Assembly (NCBI GenBank): GCA_047639555.1 | Contig: JBLIOE010000017.1 | Coordinates: forward strand, 6,945 to 70,944 | DNA from: Candidatus Aldehydirespiratoraceae bacterium | Lineage (GTDB): Bacteria; Actinomycetota; Acidimicrobiia; Acidimicrobiales; Aldehydirespiratoraceae | Direction of reading: 5' to 3' | DNA length: 64,000 bases | Shown here: piece by piece, positions 34,482 through 43,422 of the stretch | Position numbering within the stretch: the first letter of the stretch is position 1 | Layout: each line of letters opens with the position of its first letter | The notes under the pieces: generated by a model | What the model was told of the DNA's origin: nothing | The model's database searches: none | Seen by the model: the letters and a program-made list of their open reading frames with translations, nothing else | Program-made: the position numbers and the translations under genes

Positions 34482-35282
34482 ATGGCGCGCGAAGCTGCAG
34501 GCATGCGAAGACTAGATGGACGAGTAGCAGTGATCACCGGCGCGGCCGGAGGCATCGGATGGGCGACCGCCAAACGGTTTGTGGCCGAGGGCGCCACCGT
34601 GGTCGGCCTCGATATCGACGAAGAACGCGGCGCCGAGATGGTCAACGACGTGGGCCCCGACTCAGTGACGTTCGAACGAGTCGACGTGAAATCCCCGGAG
34701 CAAGTGCGTTCGGCGATCGATCGATGTGTCGAGGTGCACGGACGGATCGACGTGTTGTTTAACAACGCGGCGACCTCCACCGGTGGCTACGTCGCCGACC
34801 TCGATCTCGACGGCTTCAACGACAGCATGCAGCTCATGCTCAACGGCCCGTTGCACGGTATGCAGGCCGCGATCCCACACATGATCGCGCAAGGGGTTGG
34901 GTCGATCATCAACACGTCATCGGTCTATGGCCTAGTCGCGGGGGCTGCGAACGCGCCCTACTGCTCGGCGAAGGCCGCGCTGATCAACCTGACCCGTGTC
35001 ACTGCGGTCGAATACGGGCGCAAGGGCATCCGCTGCAACGCGATCTGCCCGGGTGTTGTGGAAACGCCAATGTTCGAGGCGGTTCTCGGCATTGGATTGA
35101 AGACGCGAGAAGCGGTGGCCGACATGCATGCGATCGGCCGCACCATTCGACCCGAGGAAGTGGCGGACCTTGCGCTCTTCCTGGCGTCGGATGAATCCAC
35201 CGCGATTACCGGCCAGGCCATTCAGATCGATGGTGGTCTTCTGCTGCAGACCGATTTAACCGGCGTACCCCCGGTCCGATGA
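34482..35282 (+). CDS. SDR family oxidoreductase
   Basis: Motifs are GRVAVITGAAGGIGWATA, NNAA and YCSAKAA. The start is either 34482 or 34503. Confidence 0.85.
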   Translation: MAREAAGMRRLDGRVAVITGAAGGIGWATAKRFVAEGATVVGLDIDEERGAEMVNDVGPDSVTFERVDVKSPEQVRSAIDRCVEVHGRIDVLFNNAATSTGGYVADLDLDGFNDSMQLMLNGPLHGMQAAIPHMIAQGVGSIINTSSVYGLVAGAANAPYCSAKAALINLTRVTAVEYGRKGIRCNAICPGVVETPMFEAVLGIGLKTREAVADMHAIGRTIRPEEVADLALFLASDESTAITGQAIQIDGGLLLQTDLTGVPPVR

Positions 35283-35872
35283 GCGAGAATGGCTGCATGA
35301 CAGATATCGCCGCCGCTACCCACCTCACCGCCGACCAGCTGCTGGCGCTGGAGCCAGAGCTGCGGGCTTCGCCGGCTGAGGGAACGCTGGAGCTCATCGT
35401 GCAGCGCCCAGGCGTAGACGAACGGGTGGTGCTCGCCGAAGCGGAACTGAACTCCGAGGAGGGTCTGGCGGGGGACACCTGGAACCAGCGGGGCTCGAAG
35501 CGCACCGAAGACGGCACCTCCCACCCCGACATGCAACTCAACATCATGAACTCGCGCGTCCTCGCGGCCATCGCCGGATCGTCCGAGCGCATGTCGCTCG
35601 CTGGCGATCAGCTCATCGTTGATATGGACCTCAGTGACGCCAACCTGCCCGCGTGGACCAAGCTAACGATCGGCGATGCCGTGATCGAGGTGACCGATCA
35701 GCCCCACACCGGTTGTGCGAAGTTCAGCGCCCGTTTCGGCACCGCGGCCCACCGGTTTGTGAACAGCGAAGTCGGCACCGAACTCCACCTGCGCGGCATC
35801 AACGCTCGCGTGGTCACCGCCGGCACAATCCGCCAGGGCGACACCATTCGTAAGGTCAGCTCGAACAGCTGA
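35279..35872 (+). CDS. MOSC domain-containing protein (YiiM-like)
   Basis: Its ATG overlaps the SDR stop (ATGA). Motifs are GLAGDTW, QLNIMNSRVL, IEVTDQPHTGCAKF and GINARVVTAGTIRQGD. Confidence 0.6.
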   Translation: MSENGCMTDIAAATHLTADQLLALEPELRASPAEGTLELIVQRPGVDERVVLAEAELNSEEGLAGDTWNQRGSKRTEDGTSHPDMQLNIMNSRVLAAIAGSSERMSLAGDQLIVDMDLSDANLPAWTKLTIGDAVIEVTDQPHTGCAKFSARFGTAAHRFVNSEVGTELHLRGINARVVTAGTIRQGDTIRKVSSNS

Positions 35873-37433
35873 GCATGCTGCACCCGGCGCGGGTACGAGC
35901 CCAATCTGGTCGCTTTTCGGCGAAGCGTTCGTTGCCGGGCTGCTCGTCGTAGGGGTTACGAAGCACGTCGAGGAGTTCGGTGATCATCTTGTGATTTCCC
36001 GTCTCGGCTTCGTCGATAGCCAGCTGGGCGAGGTAGTTGCGCAGCACATATTTCGGGTTTATCTGGTTCATGGCTTCACGTCGGGCATCGTCGGATCGAC
36101 CGTTGCGCGCGATCCGGGCCGAGTAGTCGCGGAGCCAGCCCACGGTTGCTTCGCGATGGTCGCCGGCGAGTTGTTCGGGCACGTAGTACGCGTCGAGCAG
36201 TGGAGCGAGAAGGACGTCGGCGTCGTGATGTCCGGCGGGCACGTCGGCGAGTCCTCGGAAGAACAGCGTCATGTCGGTTTCGGCGACCGGGAGCAGCTCG
36301 GACAGGCGTTCGATGAGTGCACTGTCCGTCGCCGGGTCGAAGTCGTCGAGGCCAAGCTTTGCGGCCATCATCTCGGGCCAGCGCACGTTGAAGCGTTCGA
36401 CGAATCCCTCGAGGCCCGCCTGCAGCGGTTCGGCGTCGTCGATGAGTGGATACAGCGAGTTTGCCAGCTGGGTGACGTTCCATTGTGAGATCGCCGGTTG
36501 GGCACCGAAGCGATAACGCTTCATCTGGTTGTCGGTCGTGTTTGGGGTCCAGCCCGGGTCGTAGTCTTCGAGCCAGCCGTAGGGGCCGTAGTCGATCGTG
36601 AGACCATGAATCGACATGTTGTCGGTGTTCATCACACCGTGCACGAAACCGACGCGCTGCCAGTGGATGGCCATGTCGACGGTTCGTCGGGCGATCTCCG
36701 CGAACCACTCGGCGTAGACCTCGGGCGACGGTTCGCCCAGTTCCGGGAAGTGGGTGCGGATCGTGTAGTCGGCGAGGCGGCGCAAGTTGTCGGTGTCTTG
36801 GCGCCAGGAGAAGAGCTCGAAGTTGCCGAACCGGATGAACGACGGGGCGACCCGACAGACGACGGCGCCGGGCTCCAGCGCGGGACGGCCGTCGTAGAAC
36901 ATGTCGCGCATCACCTTGTCGCCGGTGAGCGTAAGGCTCAGTGCGCGCGTGGTGGGCACACCGAGGTGGTGCATTGCCTCGCTGCACAGAAACTCACGAA
37001 CCGAGCTTCGGAGTACGGCCAAGCCATCGGCGGTACGGGAGTAGGGCGTTGGTCCGGCGCCCTTGAGCTGCAGGGTCTGGCGGCCGCCGCCAGAGGTGAC
37101 AACTTCGCCGAGGGTGATGGCTCGACCGTCGCCGAGCTGGCCCGCGAAGTTGCCGAACTGATGGCCGGCATAGGGCATGGCGTAGGTGTCCATACCCGGC
37201 AACACCTCGTTGCCGCTGAACACCCGGGTGAAGGCCTCGGACTCGACATCATCGATATCGAGGGACGCCGCAACCTCGGGCGAGTGGGCGATGAGCGACG
37301 GCGATTCCGTCGGGGTTGGCGCGACTCGCGAGAAGGCTGCTCCGGAGACTTGTCTCGGCCGATTCTCGGTGGACGGATCGGCGGGCAGTTCGTTGGTGAA
37401 CGTGTTGTCGAACGTCAACTGGTCGAGCCTCAT
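35856..37433 (-). CDS. selO: protein adenylyltransferase SelO (YdiU/UPF0061 family)
   Basis: 525 aa. Motifs are YAGHQFGNFAGQLGDGRAI, LQLKGAGPTPYSR, HGVMNTDNMSI and INPKYVLRNY. Confidence 0.9.
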   Translation of the reverse strand: MRLDQLTFDNTFTNELPADPSTENRPRQVSGAAFSRVAPTPTESPSLIAHSPEVAASLDIDDVESEAFTRVFSGNEVLPGMDTYAMPYAGHQFGNFAGQLGDGRAITLGEVVTSGGGRQTLQLKGAGPTPYSRTADGLAVLRSSVREFLCSEAMHHLGVPTTRALSLTLTGDKVMRDMFYDGRPALEPGAVVCRVAPSFIRFGNFELFSWRQDTDNLRRLADYTIRTHFPELGEPSPEVYAEWFAEIARRTVDMAIHWQRVGFVHGVMNTDNMSIHGLTIDYGPYGWLEDYDPGWTPNTTDNQMKRYRFGAQPAISQWNVTQLANSLYPLIDDAEPLQAGLEGFVERFNVRWPEMMAAKLGLDDFDPATDSALIERLSELLPVAETDMTLFFRGLADVPAGHHDADVLLAPLLDAYYVPEQLAGDHREATVGWLRDYSARIARNGRSDDARREAMNQINPKYVLRNYLAQLAIDEAETGNHKMITELLDVLRNPYDEQPGNERFAEKRPDWARTRAGCSMLSCSS

Positions 37434-37469
37434 AACGGCCAGCCTACGGAGTCGTTACCTCGAGGGTTG

Positions 37470-37485
37470 AGCCTGGTGCCAGGCT
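37470..37485. promoter_or_regulatory. near-perfect 16-bp palindrome in the selO / SDR divergent intergenic region
   Basis: AGCCTGG-TG-CCAGGCT with 7-bp arms. It lies 36 nt upstream of ATG 37521. Confidence 0.3.
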
Positions 37486-37520
37486 AGGCCCAGAGCGTGG
37501 GTCCGTGAGAGGCTCGCGTC

Positions 37521-38300
37521 ATGCCAAGAATGAACCTTGAAGGAAGCTCCTCGATCGTCACCGGTGGCGCGTCAGGAATCGGCGAGGCCAGCGCCCGCCA
37601 GCTCGCCGAAGCCGGATCGCGTGTTGTTATCGCCGACCTAAACGAAGAGAAGGGCCAAGCCGTTGCCTCCGAACTCGGCGGTCTTTTCGTGAAGTGTGAT
37701 GTGAGCAACACCGACGACGCTGATGCCGCCGTTGCCGCCGCTTCTGAGATGGGCCCACTGCGGGCGCTCGTGAACTCGGCCGGTCTTGGCTACGCCGGGC
37801 GGACGATCGATCGCAACAACGTGCCCCTCGATCTCGACAAGTTCAGCTTCGTCATCAAGGTCAACCTCATTGGTTCGTTCAACATGCTGAGCCGTTCGGC
37901 CGCCGCTATGGCACAGACCGAGCCGCTCGACGACGACGGCGCCCGCGGGGCAATTGTCAACATGGCGTCCGCTGCTGCCTTCGACGGGCAGATCGGTCAG
38001 TGCGCCTACTCGGCGTCGAAGGGCGGAGTTGTCGGCATGACGTTGCCGATCGCTCGCGACCTGAGCGCCGTTGGCGTGCGAGTCAACACCATCGCCCCCG
38101 GCCTCATCGACACGCCGATCTATGGCGAAGGCGAAGGCTCCGAGGCGTTCAAGGCCCACCTCGGCTCTTCGGTGCTGTTCCCGAAGCGTCTCGGCACGGG
38201 CGAAGAACTCGCTTTCTGTGTCATGGAGTGCATCACCAATCCGTACCTGAATGGCGAAACTATCCGTCTCGACGGCGGCATTCGTATGCCGCCGAAGTAG
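37521..38300 (+). CDS. SDR family 3-hydroxyacyl-CoA dehydrogenase (type II HADH-like)
   Basis: Motifs are IVTGGASGIGEA, NSAG and YSASKGGVVGMT. Confidence 0.85.
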   Translation: MPRMNLEGSSSIVTGGASGIGEASARQLAEAGSRVVIADLNEEKGQAVASELGGLFVKCDVSNTDDADAAVAAASEMGPLRALVNSAGLGYAGRTIDRNNVPLDLDKFSFVIKVNLIGSFNMLSRSAAAMAQTEPLDDDGARGAIVNMASAAAFDGQIGQCAYSASKGGVVGMTLPIARDLSAVGVRVNTIAPGLIDTPIYGEGEGSEAFKAHLGSSVLFPKRLGTGEELAFCVMECITNPYLNGETIRLDGGIRMPPK

Positions 38301-38309
38301 GAGCATCCA

Positions 38310-39077
38310 ATGACTGAGCAAGCAATGACTGACACAATTCTCACCGAACGCCGCGACCGGGTTCTCATCATCACGATGAACCGCCCCGAGGCGAAGAACG
38401 CGATCAACGGCGACCTCGCTACGGGCCTGTGGGCCGCGATCGAAGAACTGAATACCGACCCGAGTCTCACGGCGGGCGTGCTCACCGGCGCGGGCGGCGC
38501 ATTCTGCTCGGGTATGGACCTGAAGGCGTTCGCCAAGGGCGAAGACATCGGGCCGATCACCGAGTTCTTCCAGGCCGGAGCCGAGAAGCCGCTCATCGCC
38601 GCGATCGAAGGCTTCGCACTGGCGGGTGGACTCGAGATTGCGCTGTCGTGTGATCTGTTGGTCGCCGCCAAGGGCGCTCGCCTCGGAATCCCCGAGGTGA
38701 AGGTTGGCCTGTTCGCTGCCGGCGCAGGCTTGATGCGTCTTCCGAGCCGGGTCGGCTACGGCAAGGCAATGGAGATGGCCGTGACCGGCGATCCCATCAG
38801 TGCCGAAGATGGCCATGCGTATGGTTTGATCTCGCGTCTGGCGGATCCGGGCACTGCGGTCGACGTGGCCATCGAGTTGGCCGAGCGCATCGCGAAGAAC
38901 GCACCGCTTGGGGTTGCCGCGTCGAAGCAGATTATCCGAGCGACCCAAGGGGCGACGGAGGAAGAGCTGTTTGCGTTTCAGAGCAGCATGTACGGCAAGG
39001 TGTTCGGGTCGAACGACGCCAAAGAAGGCCCGGCCGCGTTCGCGCAGAAGCGTGACCCGGAGTGGACGGGTACCTGA
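38310..39077 (+). CDS. enoyl-CoA hydratase (crotonase) family protein
   Basis: AGGAG lies 6 nt upstream of the start. Motifs are LIITMNRPEAKNAI, GAGGAFCSGMDL and AAIEGFALAGGLE. Confidence 0.85.
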   Translation: MTEQAMTDTILTERRDRVLIITMNRPEAKNAINGDLATGLWAAIEELNTDPSLTAGVLTGAGGAFCSGMDLKAFAKGEDIGPITEFFQAGAEKPLIAAIEGFALAGGLEIALSCDLLVAAKGARLGIPEVKVGLFAAGAGLMRLPSRVGYGKAMEMAVTGDPISAEDGHAYGLISRLADPGTAVDVAIELAERIAKNAPLGVAASKQIIRATQGATEEELFAFQSSMYGKVFGSNDAKEGPAAFAQKRDPEWTGT

Positions 39078-39086
39078 AGGAGCGGT

Positions 39087-39941
39087 CTAGTTGAGGGAGA
39101 GGCGCGGGTTACGCGGGCGGCCTTTGCCGCCGTAGCTCTCTCGGTACGAACCCGGCTCGTCGTTGGCGCCGCCGATGCCGTTGTAAGTCTTGTAGCCGAG
39201 CAGGTCTTGGAGCTTCTCAGGGAACTCCCGCACCTCTTCGAGGGGAATCGACCGGAACCAGTTGGTGTACGGCCGCACCCAGCCGGCGTGGTACGAGACC
39301 TGCATTCCAAGGCGCCATTCGTCGGACGGATTGTCGGCCGCGCCATGGAACAGTGCGTGATCGAATACGAGCACAGTGCCGGGCTCCATCTCGGGCTGAA
39401 TGATCTGGGCGAGCTGTTCGGGGGTTTGGCTGAAGAGCAGGTCGAGCGGTTCGGTCTGGCTGCCGGGAAGCACGCGGGTGCCGCCGGTCTTGGGCCCGAA
39501 CGGGGTGACGACCCACATGGCGGTGCAGCCAATCGGTGACGCGTGCGGTCGCGGTACGGGCACGAGCGCGTCGTCGGGATGGAGCGGCTGAATGTTGCCG
39601 CTCTTCGGTTTCAGGTCGATGCCGGAGAAGGTGGAGAGCAAGAAGTCGGCTCCGAGCGCGCCCTCGACAACCTCGGTGACTCGAGGGTCGATGGGGACAT
39701 CCCAGAACATCGAGTCGATCCGCAGGAGTCCGGCCGTGCGGAAGAACGAGCTGTCTTCTTCGGTCTCGTCTGGTTCGAGTGGACGAAGCGTGGACGATTC
39801 GATTTCGCGAATTCGGTCTCGGTAGGCGGCCGCTTGATCAGCGTCGAACACGTCCGGCAGGATCGTGTAGCCGTTGGTGCGGATTTCATCGACGTGCGCC
39901 TCGGCGACGGGATCAAGAGCCGTATTGGTTGTATCGAGCAT
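39087..39941 (-). CDS. phytanoyl-CoA dioxygenase (PhyH) family Fe(II)/2-oxoglutarate oxygenase
   Basis: 284 aa. Motifs are NGYTILPDVF, PLHPDD (H-x-D) and a distal H in FDHALFHGAADN. Confidence 0.75.
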   Translation of the reverse strand: MLDTTNTALDPVAEAHVDEIRTNGYTILPDVFDADQAAAYRDRIREIESSTLRPLEPDETEEDSSFFRTAGLLRIDSMFWDVPIDPRVTEVVEGALGADFLLSTFSGIDLKPKSGNIQPLHPDDALVPVPRPHASPIGCTAMWVVTPFGPKTGGTRVLPGSQTEPLDLLFSQTPEQLAQIIQPEMEPGTVLVFDHALFHGAADNPSDEWRLGMQVSYHAGWVRPYTNWFRSIPLEEVREFPEKLQDLLGYKTYNGIGGANDEPGSYRESYGGKGRPRNPRLSLN

Positions 39942-39970
39942 GAGGAGGTCCTCTCTTTGTGTGGGTAGAG

Positions 39971-41347
39971 CTAACCAGTTTCTGACGGTGCCGTCACGCT
40001 GATGTAGGGCAGAAGCTCTCGCAGACCACCCTCTACGCCAACGGCCGGGTCGAACACGCCGAGGCCCATGCCGTCGTTGGCATCGAGTTTGCCGGGCGAG
40101 ATGCTGTTGAACGGCTGGCCCGGCAGTTCGAACGAACCAAGGTCGTAGGCGGCCGCTTCAAAGGTGGTGGGATCGAGCCCCGCCCCGGCGCCTTCAGCGA
40201 TCGCGCTGAACATCTGAAGGAGGCGACAGGCCGGCAGGAGCACGCTGGCCCACTGGGGTTCGCCCGGAACTACCTGGTTACTCGGAATGACGATGATCTC
40301 CGGATTCGCGGAAGCGAAGACTTCGAGGCAGTCCTGGGTGGAGTCCATGGCCCATGCGTCGTCGGAGCTGAGCAGGGTCGGGCCGTAGGCGCCCTCGTAG
40401 ACCTCGGGTGAGCGTTCGTCGAACCCGCCGATCCCCGCCAGGAAACTTCCGGAGTCGACGGTCACGATGCGTCCGTCGAAGCCTGCTTCACGAACAAGTG
40501 GAAGCCCCAGCGCAATCGAGGACTGCACGATGAGCAGGGTGTCGATGTCTTCGGTGTGGAGCTTCTCGGTGAACAGGGCGATCTGCGATTCCAGAGCGAG
40601 TTCGTCGCCGCCCGACGCAGTGGTGGTGAATTCGAGGTCGAGCGTGAGCCCGAGATCGGCCAGCGTGGGCAGCACAATGTCGACCGTGAGCCCGGTGTGT
40701 TCGCGTCCGTCATCGAGCAGACCGAGCCGACCGTCGAGGAGGCCTTCGCGCTCGTACAGTTCGAGCAGCGCGGCGTAGCGCCGATCTTGTGACCACTCGG
40801 TGGTGATCCAGGGCGCTTTTGCTCGTTCGAGAAGTTCCGGGCGATGGGTGCCGCCGACAACAATCGTCTCCTGGCTTTCGATGAAGCAGGGAATTCCTTC
40901 GATGGCTGGGCCGGCCAGGCTCCCGACGACGGCGAAGACCTCATGGTCTTGGGTGAGCCGAAGGCACATCTCCTCCATGGAGGTGGACAGCACCGGGTTG
41001 TACTGATCGAACACCATCTCAATTTGGCGGCCGCCGACCCCACCCGACGAGTTGATGTCGTCGATGACGGTCTGCCACACCAGTGGGATGTCGCCATAGT
41101 TGATGTCGACCAGACCCATCTCTCGGAGCTCTTCGAGGTCTGACCACACAACACCAATCGTGATCGTGTCGGCGGTGACGCCGCGATACGAATCGGGCAA
41201 CGGAGCCGAAGTGTCGGGTGTGGCGTCGGTTGCCGAGGTGGTGGTGGAACTCGCGACGTCAGCTGTGGGCGTCGAATCCGACGTGGCGCATGCCGCGGTG
41301 AGGGAGGCGACTGCCAACAACACCGGGACCCAACGGAGGCGCCTCAT
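39971..41347 (-). CDS. ABC transporter substrate-binding lipoprotein (branched-chain amino acid/amide type, Peripla_BP_6-like)
   Basis: Part of track ORF 39971..41737, starting at ATG 41347 (MRRLRWVPVLLAVASLTAAC). A Ser/Thr linker is followed by ITIGVVWSD...INSSGGVGGRQIE. No permease or ATPase gene lies adjacent. Confidence 0.75.
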   Translation of the reverse strand: MRRLRWVPVLLAVASLTAACATSDSTPTADVASSTTTSATDATPDTSAPLPDSYRGVTADTITIGVVWSDLEELREMGLVDINYGDIPLVWQTVIDDINSSGGVGGRQIEMVFDQYNPVLSTSMEEMCLRLTQDHEVFAVVGSLAGPAIEGIPCFIESQETIVVGGTHRPELLERAKAPWITTEWSQDRRYAALLELYEREGLLDGRLGLLDDGREHTGLTVDIVLPTLADLGLTLDLEFTTTASGGDELALESQIALFTEKLHTEDIDTLLIVQSSIALGLPLVREAGFDGRIVTVDSGSFLAGIGGFDERSPEVYEGAYGPTLLSSDDAWAMDSTQDCLEVFASANPEIIVIPSNQVVPGEPQWASVLLPACRLLQMFSAIAEGAGAGLDPTTFEAAAYDLGSFELPGQPFNSISPGKLDANDGMGLGVFDPAVGVEGGLRELLPYISVTAPSETG

Positions 41348-41399
41348 GCAACGAGCATGACTCGGATCTGCCACCAGTGAAAGCGCGACGGGAACTAGC

Positions 41400-42371
41400 G
41401 TGACTTCTATGCAGGCGGCAACAACCCATCCGATCTCACGATTTCGACAGGCGAGGCGAGGTGGGTGGCTGCCCGCGGCAGTCGTGATCGCGCTATTGGC
41501 GGCAGCCTGTAGCGACGACGGTGGCGGGGCTGCAGACACAACAACAACGTCGACTTCCACAACGTTGGCGTCCACCACAAGCTCGACGACCACCTCGTCC
41601 TTCCCCTCCACCACCACGTCCGCCAGCAGCACGACCTCCACAACCACGACGGCGCCCCAGCCGGTCGCCGACACCGTCTTTGCCGTCATCGACGGCATGG
41701 TGGCGGGCGAGTGGGACGGCACCGCCTGGGTCAACACAAAGGGAGACGGTCCGCTGCCGGAAATCGAAGGCGCCGCGCTCCGAACCGTCGACGGTTCGCC
41801 GGCGGAAGTAGCGGCTGCTCCGGTGCAGGTCTGCTTCCCAGAATCTGGTCAGAGCTTGATCGACATTGACGAGACCCCCGGCCTCCGGGTCAGCGGCAGT
41901 CATGTGCTCCAGCCTCGCGATGTCGAGGAGATCGGTGCGGCAGCCGAACACACTGAAGCGGTGCGAGCGGTGCTCGATTCTCGGGGCGTAGCCGCCGATG
42001 TTCCGGTCGTCATCTCCCGTGTCCTCCGGTTCGACGTCGAGGGCGATGGCGTCGATGAGGTGCTTATCGAAGCGAACAATGTGCCTGAGTTCGTCTACGA
42101 GACGAGCACCGGTCACTACTCGGTGCTTATTCTCCGTCGTGTGCTCGACGATGAGGTTGTCGAGAACTTCACGCTCCACGCCGACGTCGCCGACACCGAG
42201 ACGGGCGGCATCTATATGTTGCGCTTCGATCTCGTCGACCCGGCCGACGTGAACGGCGACAACGTCTTCGAGCTCGCCGCGGCGTGGTCGTACTACGAAG
42301 GTGGCGGCGTGAGCCTCTTCAGCCTCGACCAAGTACCGGAGGAGTTGCTCCTCGCGGGCTGTGGGCTCTAG
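41400..42371 (+). CDS. lipoprotein with long Ser/Thr-rich linker, unknown function
   Basis: Has lipobox VIALLAAAC followed by about 45 residues of almost only S/T/A. No motif is recognised in the C-terminal domain. Confidence 0.55.
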   Translation: MTSMQAATTHPISRFRQARRGGWLPAAVVIALLAAACSDDGGGAADTTTTSTSTTLASTTSSTTTSSFPSTTTSASSTTSTTTTAPQPVADTVFAVIDGMVAGEWDGTAWVNTKGDGPLPEIEGAALRTVDGSPAEVAAAPVQVCFPESGQSLIDIDETPGLRVSGSHVLQPRDVEEIGAAAEHTEAVRAVLDSRGVAADVPVVISRVLRFDVEGDGVDEVLIEANNVPEFVYETSTGHYSVLILRRVLDDEVVENFTLHADVADTETGGIYMLRFDLVDPADVNGDNVFELAAAWSYYEGGGVSLFSLDQVPEELLLAGCGL

Positions 42372-42378
42372 CGCCGCA

Positions 42379-43422
42379 CTAGAGCGTCGACGGTCGAAGT
42401 TCGGCTCCCAAGAGTCGCATAATCGTGGGCGCCCAGAACGTGGCGTGCGGTCGCACCTGGCGGATCGAGTCGGCGAGACCAGACACTGCCGCGTGTCCTC
42501 CGGCTACAACGGCCACTTGCCGGTCGCAGCGGGGGCTGCCGTGGGAGCCGTGCAGTTCGTCGAGCCAGGGCCCGAAGACGACGCCGGGTTCACCCCACAC
42601 GAGGGTGTTGCGATCATCGATCTCGGTGGCGCCCTCAATATCGGGCAGCGCCAGAAGTGTTGCCAACGGAGGACCGTCCATCACCAGAGCGGCGGTGCCT
42701 TCACATTCGACCATGCCGGGAAGTCCATCGGCTTCGAGCATTGCTTGGACATCGACCCCATGGCGAGTGACGAGTTCTTGATCGTGGTCGCTGACAACGA
42801 TGACGATCGTGTCGTCCCATCGATCTTGTAATCGTTCGATCAGCTCGCCGAGCGCGGCATCGGTGGCCTTCGCCGACTTCGCCAAGCCCTCGCTGCCGGG
42901 GCCGTGGAGGTGGGCGGCGGTGTCGGGTTCGTTGAAGTGGACTACCGCAAGATCGGCGGAGAGTGCGTCGACCTCGTCGAGGGCATCGAGCACCGCCTGG
43001 TTGGCGGCGTAGCGAAACTCGTCGAGCTCGACATCGGGCCGCCTGCCGCCTGGTGGCCAGTGCTGATCGGCTTCGAACCCACCCATGACCCCAACGAGGT
43101 GGTGGTCGCCGACAACGATCGACGATCGCAACCCAGCGCGACGAGCGGCGGTGAAGATGGTGTCGCCCTTCGGGCCGACTTCCGACGAGCGGACCCACGC
43201 AGTTCCGTCCCACACCCGATTCACGAGAATGCCGTGTTCGGCCGGAACCGCGCCGGTCACAAACGATGCGTGGTTGGGATAGGTGGCGGTGCTGAGCACA
43301 GCCTGGCCGCCCGCGGGGTTACTCCCGCCCTGGTCGGCGAGTCGCGCCAAGTGGGGTGTGTGCTCGGCCCCAACGAGGTCGAGGGGGAGCGCGTCGATGA
43401 CGACGAAGACGACGCGGGTCAT
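42379..43422 (-). CDS. alkaline phosphatase superfamily protein (nucleotide pyrophosphatase/phosphodiesterase-like)
   Basis: Track ORF is 42379..43551; ATG 43422 overlaps the upstream stop (ATGA). Motifs are VVFVVIDALP, TYPNHASFVTG (Thr nucleophile) and VVSDHDQ. Confidence 0.75.
   Translation of the reverse strand: MTRVVFVVIDALPLDLVGAEHTPHLARLADQGGSNPAGGQAVLSTATYPNHASFVTGAVPAEHGILVNRVWDGTAWVRSSEVGPKGDTIFTAARRAGLRSSIVVGDHHLVGVMGGFEADQHWPPGGRRPDVELDEFRYAANQAVLDALDEVDALSADLAVVHFNEPDTAAHLHGPGSEGLAKSAKATDAALGELIERLQDRWDDTIVIVVSDHDQELVTRHGVDVQAMLEADGLPGMVECEGTAALVMDGPPLATLLALPDIEGATEIDDRNTLVWGEPGVVFGPWLDELHGSHGSPRCDRQVAVVAGGHAAVSGLADSIRQVRPHATFWAPTIMRLLGAELRPSTL

Noticed and set aside
37638-38948. 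436-aa minus-strand ORF spanning two plus-strand genes. Similar long antisense ORFs include 54515..55711 (+), 6251..6988 (-), 16647..17639 (-), 33176..34336 (+), 21701..22516 (-) and 24596..25234 (-).
   Set aside because: Each lies antisense to a gene with clear family motifs. Their translations are Arg/Gly/Pro/His-rich with no recognisable motif. These are the usual shadow ORFs of high-GC DNA.
41407-41811. ORFs overlapping the Ser/Thr-linker regions, for example 41521..41811 (+) which is Pro/Arg-rich, and the 5' part of 39971..41737 (-).
   Set aside because: These are frame or strand shadows of the low-complexity ACC/TCG-rich linker coding sequence of the two lipoprotein genes.
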